DNA from: Gemmatimonadota bacterium
GTDB lineage: Bacteria; Latescibacterota; UBA2968; GCA-2709665
Reading direction: 5' to 3'
Length of the DNA: 64,000 nucleotides
NCBI GenBank assembly: GCA_028877215.1
Contig: JAPPFJ010000024.1
Location: 20,835-84,834, forward strand
The position numbers were made by a program, and so were the translations under genes. The notes below the pieces were generated by a model. That model ran no database searches and was not told the DNA's origin. It saw only the letters and a program-made list of their open reading frames with translations. Numbering within the stretch: the first letter of the stretch is position 1; every line of letters starts with the position of its first letter. Shown in pieces: positions 8,568 through 18,667 of the stretch.

Positions 8568-11072
8568 ATGATCCAAATATCATTGCATTCGGTTCTGATT
8601 GTAGGCATCGGATTACTGTATTGTGGCGATCCCACGGCCAAGGAGAATTCCACGGAAGCCGAAACGCGGGTCGCCAAGCTGCATCAGACGGGTTTGGAGA
8701 TGTTGGAACAGGGCCGGCTGGAAGAAGCCGCGAAACAATTACGAAGTGCTACTGAAATCAATCATAAACATGCGCCCTCGTACGTGGGATTGGGGCAAGT
8801 CTACTTGGAGCAGGATAGTCTAAAGGCCGCGGAGCAGGCCTTTTTGAAAGCCCGACATGCCAACGAAGGGTATGCGCCGGCCTATAACGGGTTGGGTCTG
8901 GTCTACTGGAAGAAGAAGACGGGACGGCTTTGGGCTATTCAGTATTTCCGAACTGCTTACCAACTTGATCGCAGGTACTCGGAGGCCTATTACAATGCTG
9001 CTGAGGTCTACCGTGAATTGGGCGATACGAAGGAACTGGATACGTATGAGAGATTGGTGGAAGCCTTTCCGGAACATCGGGATGCCTGGTTCCGAATTGG
9101 AGAAATACACCGAACGGGTGGAGCCGGACGGTATCCGAATTTAACTGAAGCCGAGGCAGCCTATCGTCAACAGCTCGCAGTGGATGTGAACCACCTGGCG
9201 GCGCGGTCCCGTTTAGCCGACGTCTTGGCGGTCCGTGGCAATATCGACGAGGCACTGGACCTGTTGGAGGGGTTTGAAGATACCTCAGGGGTGCATAGTC
9301 GCGAAGTTTTATTACAACAGGCCAGGATCCATCAAATTCGCCGTGACGCCGATAGGGCCGAGGCGCTCTATGAGGAATACATCGAATCATTGGATTGGGA
9401 GGAGCAACTGTGTTTTTTCGATCTCAGCCTCGTTCTGGATGGCGCGGAGCTGGACGGGTTCAGAGTTGCGCCGAAGTCGCAATGGAAGGAACTTTCAAAC
9501 GCGTTCTGGGCCGGGAAGGACCCCGCGCCGGTGACGGCGGCGAACGAACGCCGAAACGAACATTACCGTCGCGTTGCATTCTCCCGGGAGCTATATGGCG
9601 AACATTCTCACCCATGGGACGTCAGGGGCGAGGTCTATGTCCGGTACGGGGAACCGGATCACGTCAGCAAGTCGGACGATATTCAATTCGAGACGGCGCC
9701 CAGGGTGGTGGCGGTAAAAGAACGCCTGATCAATCAGGCAGGCGATGCGATTTTCGCGTTAACGAGGAGCAGGAATGACGAGATGCTTGAATATGTCGTG
9801 ACGGAAGCGTTCAATTACAATGACCCAAACCGGGAAATTCAAATAGGACCGATGAGTTCCAGGCAAAGAGAGATCGCGGAAACCGGCAATAGCCGCACTT
9901 ATACTGCAAAAGAAGAAGACCCGATGTCGGAAATGCGAAAGAGTGGAAGCAAACGGGACAAATTCGGAGCTCTTCAGGTTGCCTCGTCGAGCGTTCTTGG
10001 CTGGCCCGTGTACCCGGTTCCTGGCAAGGTCTGGGAATACTGGATCTACACCAAAGTTGGGCCTGGCATTGAAATCACCTTCGTACAGCCGTACCATCCC
10101 GGACCCTACACCTATGCGGATATGCCTCACGGGATTGGCGAGGGTGGCGGCAGCGTGTCTCGTTCCTGGCGGGAGATGAATCCTGCCGTTGTGGTAGAAC
10201 GGGCCGTAGCGAAATCCCCGGAGGTGTACAGGCAGGATTTCGCGACAGCCCCCCTGCATTTCTTCTATGACACGGCGCGATTCAAGAGAAACGACCGTTC
10301 CGTCGACCTGGAGGTGTACTATGGCGTTCCAACACGTGACATCACCTACGTCACGGGCAAGGACGGGCAGCATGTCGCATATTTGACGCGAGGCGTTGCG
10401 TTGTACAATGCGGACGATCAGCGGATCTACAGGTCGGCGGAAGAAATGGAACTCTATGGGAGCGGGAGCCCCGACACATCGCGGAACGCTTTCTTACCGT
10501 TTATGGACCGGATCTCGGCGACGCCGGGCAACTACCGGATGGCGATCCAGATTCTGGACACTTCATCCGGAAGATCGCAGGTCTACAATCAGCGGGTAAA
10601 ACTGACGGCCTTCGGCGGTGGTTACTTGCGTCTGAGTGACATACAGCTGTCGGCCTTCATCCGATCGGCGAGCGATGGCAGGTTCGTGAAGGGTGATATC
10701 GACGTTACGCCCAATCCCAGTCAGTCTTATCTGGCGGCACAACCGGTCTACATCTACTATGAGATTTACAATCTGAAGAAGGATGATTTCGGGGTGGTGC
10801 GTTATCGGGTCACCTATCAGGTTGAATCGATCGATCGTCAGCCCATCGCTGTCCGTATTCTGGGTGGACTGGGCAAGCTGCTCGGCGGACGGGAAGAGCG
10901 CGAAACGATCACGGTGAATTACGAACACGTCGGCCACCGGTCGGACGACCACGGTTATCTGGAGCTGGATATGACCAACAGCGAACAAGGCAGTTACATG
11001 CTAAGGGTCAAGGTCACGGACATAAAATCGGGCCAGAGTACGGTCGCATCCAAGGTGTTTACAATCAAGTAG
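8568..11072 (+). CDS. Secreted TPR-repeat protein with GWxTD-type domain (G4, subfamily A)
   Basis: The track ORF starts with GTG at 8559. The ATG at 8568 has AGGTGA 5 nt upstream. The protein is colinear with G1 and G2 (FWAGKDPAPVTAANERRNEHYRRVAFSRELY...PWDVRGEVYVRYGEPDH). Confidence 0.85.
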   Translation: MIQISLHSVLIVGIGLLYCGDPTAKENSTEAETRVAKLHQTGLEMLEQGRLEEAAKQLRSATEINHKHAPSYVGLGQVYLEQDSLKAAEQAFLKARHANEGYAPAYNGLGLVYWKKKTGRLWAIQYFRTAYQLDRRYSEAYYNAAEVYRELGDTKELDTYERLVEAFPEHRDAWFRIGEIHRTGGAGRYPNLTEAEAAYRQQLAVDVNHLAARSRLADVLAVRGNIDEALDLLEGFEDTSGVHSREVLLQQARIHQIRRDADRAEALYEEYIESLDWEEQLCFFDLSLVLDGAELDGFRVAPKSQWKELSNAFWAGKDPAPVTAANERRNEHYRRVAFSRELYGEHSHPWDVRGEVYVRYGEPDHVSKSDDIQFETAPRVVAVKERLINQAGDAIFALTRSRNDEMLEYVVTEAFNYNDPNREIQIGPMSSRQREIAETGNSRTYTAKEEDPMSEMRKSGSKRDKFGALQVASSSVLGWPVYPVPGKVWEYWIYTKVGPGIEITFVQPYHPGPYTYADMPHGIGEGGGSVSRSWREMNPAVVVERAVAKSPEVYRQDFATAPLHFFYDTARFKRNDRSVDLEVYYGVPTRDITYVTGKDGQHVAYLTRGVALYNADDQRIYRSAEEMELYGSGSPDTSRNAFLPFMDRISATPGNYRMAIQILDTSSGRSQVYNQRVKLTAFGGGYLRLSDIQLSAFIRSASDGRFVKGDIDVTPNPSQSYLAAQPVYIYYEIYNLKKDDFGVVRYRVTYQVESIDRQPIAVRILGGLGKLLGGREERETITVNYEHVGHRSDDHGYLELDMTNSEQGSYMLRVKVTDIKSGQSTVASKVFTIK

Positions 11073-11120
11073 CGGAATGGTCGCCTCCATAAGATGACGG
11101 TGTCTTGGATCTACACCACT

Positions 11121-11160
11121 CCCCCTGTTAACCAGGATACTTTGCAACAAGGGGTTTTTC
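11121..11160 (+). terminator. Possible intrinsic terminator after G4
   Basis: CCCCTGTT, a 16-nt loop, then AACAAGGGG gives 8 bp with one bulge. TTTTTC follows, about 50 nt after the G4 stop. Confidence 0.35.
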
Positions 11161-11337
11161 ATTATTGTGGCGAGATTGGGTTCGGGGAGTTTCGCCCTCC
11201 GGGCTCCATTCGATTTCGGTTTTTGTTGAACCCATGACACACGGTCGGTGTCTTTTACAAATGGTTGACAGGGCTGAAAATCGCATGAAACGGCCTGGTC
11301 GGTCCAAAGACGTATACGGCCAGGATTTCCGGTAGGC

Positions 11338-11362
11338 AGGGCACCCACAAGGGACGCCCCTA
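11338..11362. repeat. REP-like hairpin element, family GGGCGCCCACAAGGGACGCCCCTAC (copy 1, variant GGGCACCC)
   Basis: The same 25-26 nt sequence recurs at 24025, 24104 (inverted) and 27518. It self-folds as a GGGCGCCC / GGG(A)CGCCC stem with an ACAA loop. Confidence 0.8.
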
Positions 11363-11391
11363 CGAACCGGAGGTTGGACTATTAAGCTTGC

Positions 11392-11518
11392 CTAGGAGCC
11401 TGTCGGAATACCTATGCCAACATTTTATGGCATACAGTATATGGTGCAATTTAGAACATTAAAATCTATATATTGTATGTCGACTCGCCAAAATTGGGGT
11501 TCTCCGACAGACTCCTAG
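11392..11518. promoter_or_regulatory. AT-rich structured region upstream of Kelch gene K1, bounded by a 16-17 bp inverted repeat
   Basis: CTAGGAGCCTGTCGGAA at 11392-11408 pairs with TTCTCCGACAGACTCCTAG at 11500-11518 (one mismatch). They enclose about 90 bp of strongly AT-rich DNA that has its own TATGCCA/TGGCATA hairpin. Confidence 0.4.
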
Positions 11519-11621
11519 TTAATCAGTTAATGATATTCGAAAGAGACCGTGAGTCACCAGACTGCAGATTGTTATTGAATCCGCGATCATATTTTCAAAT
11601 GTGGAAGTGAAAGGGCGAGTA

Positions 11622-12701
11622 ATGACTGCAAGACTTCCTGCTGTGATCGCGATTATCTCAGGTCTCGCAGCATGCGGATCGAGTGCGCCAACACCGTCGG
11701 AACCACCGGCCGACCTGAAGGGGTTTGAATATGCCGGTAATCTGATTCAGAAGCGGTTCTGGCATACGGCGACTTTAATGAACGATGGCCGCGTTCTCGT
11801 TTCGGGCGGAGCGGCGACGGATCGCCCGGGTCATTCGTCTGCAGCGCTGTATCACGACAGCACGGAGCTGTTCGATCCTGAGACCGGTACCTCGTCGTCG
11901 ACGCGCAACATGTCGAGGGGCAGAGTTGGCGACAAGGGTATATTGCTGGCGGACGGTCGGGTGGTGATTCTGGGAGCGCACCTCGCTCCGGTGGAGATAT
12001 ACGATCCCCAATCAGATAGATTCTCCGCACACAACGCAACATTGGGAGATATCGGTACCGCGACGTTGCTACCGAATGGGAAGATACTTGCATATTGCCG
12101 ATCTGACATCGCTCTTTTCGACCCGGATACAGGGAATTTTGTGCGTCTTCCAGGGTCGTTTGGCAGTCGCGGAGGCCATACGGCGACCTTACTTCAGAAT
12201 GGGCGTATCCTCATTGTTGGCGGCGGCTACCGTGGAGGTTTGGGAAAAGTCGCGGAAATCTACGAACCGACGTCCAACACATTTACGAGCGTTGGGGAAT
12301 TATACAATGAACGTCGTGGACACAAAGCCGTCCTTCTCAATGACGGCAGGGTATTGGTTATTGGCGGCACTAAAGGCGATTTCACCTCTCCTGAGCCTGT
12401 AATGGAGGCCGAACTATACGACCCGGTTACCGGTACGTTCTCGCTGGTGGGCTCTCCTGGTATCATGCCGATATGGGCCGCCGCCGCCCTACACACAGGT
12501 AAAGTGTTTCTTATCTGCGGCGAAGATGGAAACGTCGTTATCTACGATCCCGCCTCCGGGTCGTTCATTCTCACGGGAGACAGCATTGGACCCAATCGAA
12601 AGTTCTATTCGACAACCGTCCTTAACGACGGTCGCGTTCTGGTCGCCGGAGGAATGAAAGACGGAGAAGCTACGGATCACGTTCTGGTTTACAAACCCTG
12701 A
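11622..12701 (+). CDS. Kelch-repeat beta-propeller lipoprotein (K1)
   Basis: The ATG at 11622 gives MTARLPAVIAIISGLAACGSS, with a canonical lipobox L-A-A-C. There are seven repeats of the H(T/K)A(T/V)LL.DGRVL(I/V).GG type, typical of Kelch/galactose-oxidase-like blades. Confidence 0.85.
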   Translation: MTARLPAVIAIISGLAACGSSAPTPSEPPADLKGFEYAGNLIQKRFWHTATLMNDGRVLVSGGAATDRPGHSSAALYHDSTELFDPETGTSSSTRNMSRGRVGDKGILLADGRVVILGAHLAPVEIYDPQSDRFSAHNATLGDIGTATLLPNGKILAYCRSDIALFDPDTGNFVRLPGSFGSRGGHTATLLQNGRILIVGGGYRGGLGKVAEIYEPTSNTFTSVGELYNERRGHKAVLLNDGRVLVIGGTKGDFTSPEPVMEAELYDPVTGTFSLVGSPGIMPIWAAAALHTGKVFLICGEDGNVVIYDPASGSFILTGDSIGPNRKFYSTTVLNDGRVLVAGGMKDGEATDHVLVYKP

Positions 12702-12713
12702 ACTGACGACACA

Positions 12714-12912
12714 GTTAGCCTCAATGCGAAAAAAACAGCAACGCGGCAACGCGATAAAACCCTCCGAAACGGGGCAATATCGACGTATAGAATGACGTTT
12801 TTTCCCTTCACGTCCAGTGACCTGGTGTATCCTGGTAATCCGCCGTTTAATCGCCTTTATTTACAAGCACATATTCGAATTAACGTCCCCAAAGACTTAC
12901 GAATCAAGGTTA
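12714..12912 (-). mobile_element. 199-bp MITE-like repeat, copy A (inverted relative to copy B)
   Basis: By hand alignment the reverse complement matches 18652..18850 at 196 of 199 positions. The three mismatches all lie near the outer end. It begins 13 nt after the K1 stop. Confidence 0.85.
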
Positions 12913-13147
12913 GTTATACACTCCCTAACGTGGTCGAAGTTCACTAAAGTCAGCTTCCATTGTCGCGATAGAAAATTCTCTGATGTAATTCGGAGTCGGA
13001 GTAGGAACACAACAAGACAGCGTATGATTACCTGGTTTCTGTCATTGGGCTAATCCGGCGGGCAGCACAGGCAGTGACTGCGCTTCGGTAAGCCAATTGC
13101 GATACCCCTGAGAATCACACGGCGGACGATTGCCATCCCCAAAGCGC

Positions 13148-13176
13148 TTGCACTGCCGGTTGAAACTGCATAACAT
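13148..13176 (+). promoter_or_regulatory. Sigma70-like promoter candidate upstream of G5
   Basis: TTGCAC, 17 nt, then TAACAT, about 78 nt upstream of the ATG at 13254. It is not known whether this lineage uses the consensus. Confidence 0.25.
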
Positions 13177-13253
13177 GCTGGATCGGAACGGGGTACGATG
13201 ACGAAGGTTTACGATAGCAGACACGACGTTTCGGTCCAGCAGAGGTCGATTGC

Positions 13254-16200
13254 ATGAAATCACGAGGCGGCTCTACGCGTGTGAAACGGCGGGTTCTGGT
13301 TCTCATTTCGGCCCTGGCGATTTCCGCCCTCTGTCCACTTGAGAATCTCGATGCGCAGGTTCGTCAGACCGCGGTATCGGCCTCCAGCGGTGGCGATACC
13401 GCGTGGGCGATCGGGCTGGAAACCGGTTCTTCCGCCATTACCGAAATCTGGGTCGAAACCCCGGGAAACCAGCCTCGCCATCTCGGCACCTTTCCCGGCC
13501 CGCCCGGGCGCCTCGAGTGGGTTGCTGGCGGGAAACGCCTTCGCTATCGCGAAACACCCTTACGGGTCCCCCTGCATACGCTTACCATGCTCCCGGAACG
13601 GTCCGTACCGCTGGTACCACCTGGTGTATGGGAGATCTCCATCCGGGACGGGTCGATTGCGCGATCGAAAAGTGCTGTCGGCGCGGAGGCTGGAACGCAG
13701 TCGGTTGCGGAGGCCGTAAACGCGCCGCAACCGAGTCGCGCCGCAAAGGCGGTGCTGTGGGGGGTCGCGGCGGTATTCAACGCCTCGGCCCTGGCCTATA
13801 CGACCGTGCACCGCTGGGAATTTCGATCGGCGGTGAAGCGTTACCGGCAAGCCTCCCGGTCGTGGGCGTCCCTGTATCTCAGATTCAAAAAGCATGGGCT
13901 CTACGAAGAGCCGGTCCTGTCCTACGCGGGGGCCCTGGCCGCAACCGCGAAGAAGGCCGGCGCAAAGCGCGGCGCCCGCTGGGTCTGCCAGGACCATCTG
14001 ACCGTAATCGGAGATGCCCTTCACGCCTATGAGCAGGCACACGAAAACCAGCGGCCTTCCGATCTGGCGGCGCTCAGGAACTGGATGGAAACCCATACGC
14101 TGACGCCGGCGGACTCTATCGTCATGAAGACGCTGTTTCGCTCGGCGATGGACTCCGATAAGAAGCGCCGGTTCAGCTACACACACGGATACCGTCCTGA
14201 AGCGGAGGACGGCGAAGCCGTTGTCACCAGCTTCTTCCACGACGGTTACCTGGTTGAAGCCGTCCGCAGCGGCGCGGGATATCGTACCGTCGACCGGCGC
14301 GTGGGCAAGGCGCAGGTCGATTCCCTCCTCAACCTCGGCACGGACCTCACCCCGATCGACCCGCCCAGGGCGATCTCCACCCTGGAAATCCTTGCCGGCG
14401 TGGCTCAGGACTACGCCCTCGGGCACAGCAGGCTCGGGTTTGCCTATCTGGAGGCCGAGAAGCTGGAACGCGCCATTAAGTCCTTCGAGCGCGCGATCGA
14501 ATGCGAACACACGCTGGCCGAGGCCTACTTCGGTCTGGGTCTCACCTTCCGCAAGTGGCCCAGGGGAAATTACGACGCCATACGCTATTTCCAGAAAGCC
14601 CTTCAGTACGACCGGGGCCACGTGGAGTCCCGGTTCAATATTGCCGATATCCGATATAAACTGGACGAACACGACGTACGGCGGGAAGTCAAGAAAGTAC
14701 TGGCAATTGATCCCCGCTACGCCCCCGCCTATCTGCTGATGGGAAAATGGGTGGAGGAATTCGAGAAGGACTACGAAAGAGCCGCGTTCTACTACGCGAA
14801 ATATATGGGCTTGCGACCCGGTGACCCGGAGGGGCGGAAGCGGCTGGGGTCGATTTATCTGAGAACGAAGGACTACGGCCGTATCCTGGAAGTCCTGGAG
14901 GATTACGCCGTACAGAACCCGGACGACAACCAGGTCCTGCCCATCCTCGCGCAGGCGTGCATGAAACTGGGGGCCTACGACAGGGCCGCCGCCTTTTTCA
15001 GAGACTATCTTGAAAGGGCCGATGCGGCCGAGAAGGGGCACTACCACGATATCCGGCTGGTTGCGCCGAAGGAGACGCTTGCGGCCTTCGAAAAGACGCC
15101 GCTGGAAGAACGATGGGACTTTGTGAAGAAATTCTGGGCGGACCAGGACCCTGACCTGACCACGGCGGCGAACGAGCGCCTCCTGGAGCACTATCGGCGG
15201 GTGTCGTTCGCCATGCAAAATTTCTCCGATGGCAGGCAGCCGTGGGACCAGCGCGGCGAAGTCTACATTCGTTTCGGCGAACCCGACCACCGCTCCACCT
15301 ACAAAGAGTTGAACTTCCAGCAGTCCATGGCGGTTCAGCGGGTCAAGGAACGTCTTTCCAGGACGCTCTACGGGGCTGCGCGCCCTCCTCGCCGCGGAAT
15401 CGGCCTTCGCGGCGCCAGCTCAACGTTCGTCGGTCCGGTCTACCCCGTGCGCAGCCTGGGCGGCAGGGGTCCCGGGGGGTCCTACAGACCGGTCACCGCG
15501 ACGTACGACGGCTCGATGGTCCCGTGGGAAACGTGGACGTACGTCGATGTGGGCAGCGGGATCGAGATTACCTTTACAGACGAGTTCAGCAACGGAAACT
15601 ACAACTACGCGCCCGAACCGCTGGATGCCCGGATTCCTGCCCGCCGGCTGGCCATGTTCACCCGCTACAGCCCCCGCAATATCTACCGCATGGCCGCGGC
15701 GGCACAGCCGAACTACTTCGTGAGGCCGAAAAACACGCTGCCGATGGAATTCTATTTCAATTCGGCCGATTTCAGGAGTGAAACGGATTTCCGGACGGCG
15801 CTGGAAGTCTACGTTGGGATACCGCGGCACCAGGGGCACTATATTGTCGATGACGACCGGACGGAAATTATGGTGGACAGGACCGTGGCGCTGCGGAATC
15901 CGACAACCGGCGCCGTCTACCGGAGCGAGGACAAGGTGCATTTCGCGGCGAAAGGGGACGTGACCGCGGAACGGACCGCGTTTGTGCCGGACCTCGCGCG
16001 CATGGACGTGCCCCCCGGGCGCTACCGGATGGAAGTGAAAATTAAGGATAACCTGTCCGTGCAGCACGGTCGGTATCGTCAGGACGTGGAGATCGAGTCC
16101 TATGAACAGGACAGCCTCCAGGTGAGCGACCTGGAACTGGCCTGGCGGATTTCCAGCCGCAAAGACGATGATAAATTCAACAAAGGCGCGCTTTGGGTCA

Positions 16201-16559
16201 TTCCAATGCCAACTCGGACCTACCGGGTGGGCCAGAATGTATTCGTCTACTACGAAATCTATAACCTGACAAGAGACGAATTCGGGCAGACGAACTACCA
16301 GATATCCTACACCGTCACGAAGAAGGGCGGCTTCAACCCCCTGGGTATCATTAAAAGCCTTATCAGGTGGAAGAAGGGCAAACGTGAAGAACTGGAAGTG
16401 ACGTACGAGATGCTGGGTGAGGATACCATGGAGGTCGAATACGTGGAACTCAAGCTGGAAAACCGCCCCGCGGGCAAGTACTTCCTGAACGTGACCGTCA
16501 TCGATATGAAAAGTGGTGAAATGGCCCAGAAAAAGGCCAGCTTTATTCTCGCGAAGTAG
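13254..16559 (+). CDS. Large secreted protein: N-terminal extension, TPR repeats and GWxTD-type domain (G5, subfamily C)
   Basis: 1101-aa ORF with signal-like MKSRGGSTRVKRRVLVLISALAISALCPL. TPR-like repeats are present. It contains FWADQDPDLTTAANERLLEHYRRVSFAMQNF...QPWDQRGEVYIRFGEPDH and the C-terminal VFVYYEIYNL region, as in the other paralogs. Confidence 0.85.
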   Translation: MKSRGGSTRVKRRVLVLISALAISALCPLENLDAQVRQTAVSASSGGDTAWAIGLETGSSAITEIWVETPGNQPRHLGTFPGPPGRLEWVAGGKRLRYRETPLRVPLHTLTMLPERSVPLVPPGVWEISIRDGSIARSKSAVGAEAGTQSVAEAVNAPQPSRAAKAVLWGVAAVFNASALAYTTVHRWEFRSAVKRYRQASRSWASLYLRFKKHGLYEEPVLSYAGALAATAKKAGAKRGARWVCQDHLTVIGDALHAYEQAHENQRPSDLAALRNWMETHTLTPADSIVMKTLFRSAMDSDKKRRFSYTHGYRPEAEDGEAVVTSFFHDGYLVEAVRSGAGYRTVDRRVGKAQVDSLLNLGTDLTPIDPPRAISTLEILAGVAQDYALGHSRLGFAYLEAEKLERAIKSFERAIECEHTLAEAYFGLGLTFRKWPRGNYDAIRYFQKALQYDRGHVESRFNIADIRYKLDEHDVRREVKKVLAIDPRYAPAYLLMGKWVEEFEKDYERAAFYYAKYMGLRPGDPEGRKRLGSIYLRTKDYGRILEVLEDYAVQNPDDNQVLPILAQACMKLGAYDRAAAFFRDYLERADAAEKGHYHDIRLVAPKETLAAFEKTPLEERWDFVKKFWADQDPDLTTAANERLLEHYRRVSFAMQNFSDGRQPWDQRGEVYIRFGEPDHRSTYKELNFQQSMAVQRVKERLSRTLYGAARPPRRGIGLRGASSTFVGPVYPVRSLGGRGPGGSYRPVTATYDGSMVPWETWTYVDVGSGIEITFTDEFSNGNYNYAPEPLDARIPARRLAMFTRYSPRNIYRMAAAAQPNYFVRPKNTLPMEFYFNSADFRSETDFRTALEVYVGIPRHQGHYIVDDDRTEIMVDRTVALRNPTTGAVYRSEDKVHFAAKGDVTAERTAFVPDLARMDVPPGRYRMEVKIKDNLSVQHGRYRQDVEIESYEQDSLQVSDLELAWRISSRKDDDKFNKGALWVIPMPTRTYRVGQNVFVYYEIYNLTRDEFGQTNYQISYTVTKKGGFNPLGIIKSLIRWKKGKREELEVTYEMLGEDTMEVEYVELKLENRPAGKYFLNVTVIDMKSGEMAQKKASFILAK

Positions 16560-16702
16560 AATTTTCCCCACCCAATTTTAGCTCGGCTGCCCGCCAAGAG
16601 ACAGATGATCCCGCAGCAACAGATGGGCCCGATCCGGTTCACGTCTGCCGCGAATACCCGCAACCACCCGACCATCCAATATCCTTTTACAGACGAGGAG
16701 AC

Positions 16703-18667
16703 GTGGAGGAGAAAATCTACGCTTTCGGCATGGACGGCTTTATCGTCCCAATGATGAAGCGTTTCGCCGCGGAAGGCGCGCTGCCCCACTTCGAGCGCAT
16801 GCAGCGCGAGGGCGCCGTCAATCAGACCCTTCCTTCTTTCCCGGTGTGGACCCCGACCAACTGGGCCACACTTTCGACGGGGGCGCACACGGGCACGCAC
16901 GGGGTTACGCGCTGGCGGGTGGAGGTTGCGCCGGGACAGCGGATCGACAGTTTCGACGGGCGGGCCAACAACGCCGAGCGAATATGGAATGCGCTGGAAC
17001 GGGCGGGCATGAAGAGTGTGGCCGTACACTACCCTGCCGCCCATCCGTCCGGGGTGAGGTCGGGCTATGTCGTGGACGGTTTCGGCCACCCCGGCCATCG
17101 CAGCACGGAGTTTGAGGTGGCTTCCTGCTAGGCCTATACCACCGACGCCTTGCCAGAGGGCGCCATCGAGATGGACCACGATGGCACAGCGGTGCGGCAG
17201 GCCCAACGCAGCGTCGAGCCGATTCCGCCGCTGAGACCGGCGCGGGAATGGCGCAACCTGCCCGAGAGTGGAGCGCCGCCGCTGGAGAGCCGCATTGAGG
17301 TGGCCGCCCGGCCGGGCGGGGACGTCTCAGCGTTCAACCTGCTCGCGGTGGACAGCGCGGGACGGGGCTACGACCGGGTGCTGGTTTGCCGGGACCGGAA
17401 TGGGTCGAATTGCATCGCTGAAGCCGGCGTGGAAGAATGGAGCGAATGGGCGGTGGAGGATTTCGCCATCGACGGGAGCAAACGTTCAGCGTCACTGCGC
17501 TTCAAGCTGATGGAACTGGCCGCTGACGGCAGCCGGCTCAAGCTCTATCGCACCCAGGCGACTTTTACCGGCGGCTTCACTGTCCCCGACGAGTTGGCCG
17601 GAGAACTTCTGGACCGCTTTGGGCCGTATCAGGAACACGCGTCGATGTTGCCCTATACCTCGGGCATGGCCGATTTCGATACCGCCCTCGAGGAATGCGA
17701 GTACCAGGGGATGTGGTTTGCCGAGGTCGCGCGCTACATGCTTCGGGAGCGGGATTGTTCCTTTTTTATCTGCCACTGGCACCTGTACGATTACCTCAAC
17801 CACATCCACCTGGGGGACGTCGACCCCGTGTGCCCCGGGTACGTCGCCGAGCGCGCCGAAGAGTACGTGGACTACTTCCGGCGGGCTTATCAGGTGGGCG
17901 ACCGTATCCTGGGACGGTTGTGGGAGGACGCGAACGCGCATACGTACGTGGGCGTGGTATCCGACCATGGGTGCTCGCCCGACGTCCGGGTGGCCAATAT
18001 CCGGCAGTTCTTGTACGAGCAGGACTTTCTGGCGCTCAAGCGCGGCGGCGAAGAGGACCTGGCTCGAGATCAGGTGCGCGAGGAGGACGTCGACTGGGAG
18101 CGCACGCGGGCCTATCTCAAGGATGACAAGGGGTTCGACATTTTCATCAACGCCGTTCCGGGACCTGAGTTCGACCGGATCGAGGCCGAGTTGCTGCTGG
18201 CGCTGCGCACGTGGGTCGACGAGGAAGTGGGACGCAATCCGGTGGCTATCGCCCTGCCACGACGGGACGCGTACATTCTCGGGCAATGGGGAGACCAGTG
18301 CGGCGACGTGGTCTTCGCCTGGGACCACGGGTACGTCAGCGGGTACTACGGCCAGTGGCGGGGTATTGCTGGTGGGGGCTGCGTAGGCGCGCCCAATGTG
18401 TTCGGGGCGCACCACGGGGGTTTTCTACCGACCCTGAGCGAGGTCTCGTCCAGCTTCGGTTCGTGGTTGATGGCAGGGCCGGGGGTGAAGCGCGGATACG
18501 AGCGGCCGGTGGACAAGCTGGGGTATATCCACGCCGCCGACGTCGTGCCGACCTTCTGCCGGATCCTGGGGGCCGAACCGCCGCGCCAGGCGCAGGGTGC
18601 GGTGGCGGGGGACTTGTTCGAAGGGCATGAAATGGTGCGCGAGCGAATGTCTAACCTTGATTCGTAA
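16703..18667 (+). pseudogene. Alkaline phosphatase / type I phosphodiesterase-nucleotide pyrophosphatase family gene interrupted by an in-frame TAG at 17129-17131
   Basis: Track ORFs 16703..17131 and 17150..18667 are in the same frame. The reading is ...EFEVASC-TAG-AYTTDALPEGAIEMDHDG. The N-terminal part has family-like motifs (IYAFGMDGF, LPSFPVWTPTNWATLSTGAHTGTHGV). The last five codons and the stop lie inside MITE copy B. Confidence 0.7.

Noticed and set aside
12817-13053. ORF MTWCILVIRRLIAFIYKHIFELTSPKTYESRL..., duplicated at 18346-18747 on the minus strand. It could be taken for a conserved small gene.
   Set aside because: The shared N-terminus is simply the translation of the 199-bp repeat. 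The two ORFs diverge completely once they leave the repeat, and the third copy (38474) does not preserve the frame.
13560-15290. 576-aa minus-strand ORF. Similar long antisense ORFs lie at 6419-7696, 19978-21495, 16307-17206, 17492-18415, 24275-24937, 24983-25783, 38953-39978, 51692-52666, 53441-54757, 55843-56706, 58238-59068, 58929-59906 and 59994-60776.
   Set aside because: All lie antisense to ORFs with clear family signatures. Their translations are Arg/Pro/Gly-rich and low in complexity, which is typical of GC-rich shadow frames. None shows a recognisable motif.
16430-16559. The C-terminal strands of the GWxTD paralogs (for example PAGKYFLNVTVIDMKSGEMAQKKASFILAK) resemble type IX secretion C-terminal sorting domains.
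   Set aside because: The resemblance is limited to a generic G.Y.L.V..D..G beta-hairpin pattern. No T9SS genes are in the window, and I cannot run the CTD HMMs. It is too weak to call.
17129-17131. Genome-wide TAG reassignment as the explanation of the in-frame amber codon.
   Set aside because: TAG terminates several well-supported neighbouring genes (G4, K2, K3, K7) at positions matching their paralogs' C-termini. TAG is therefore an ordinary stop here.
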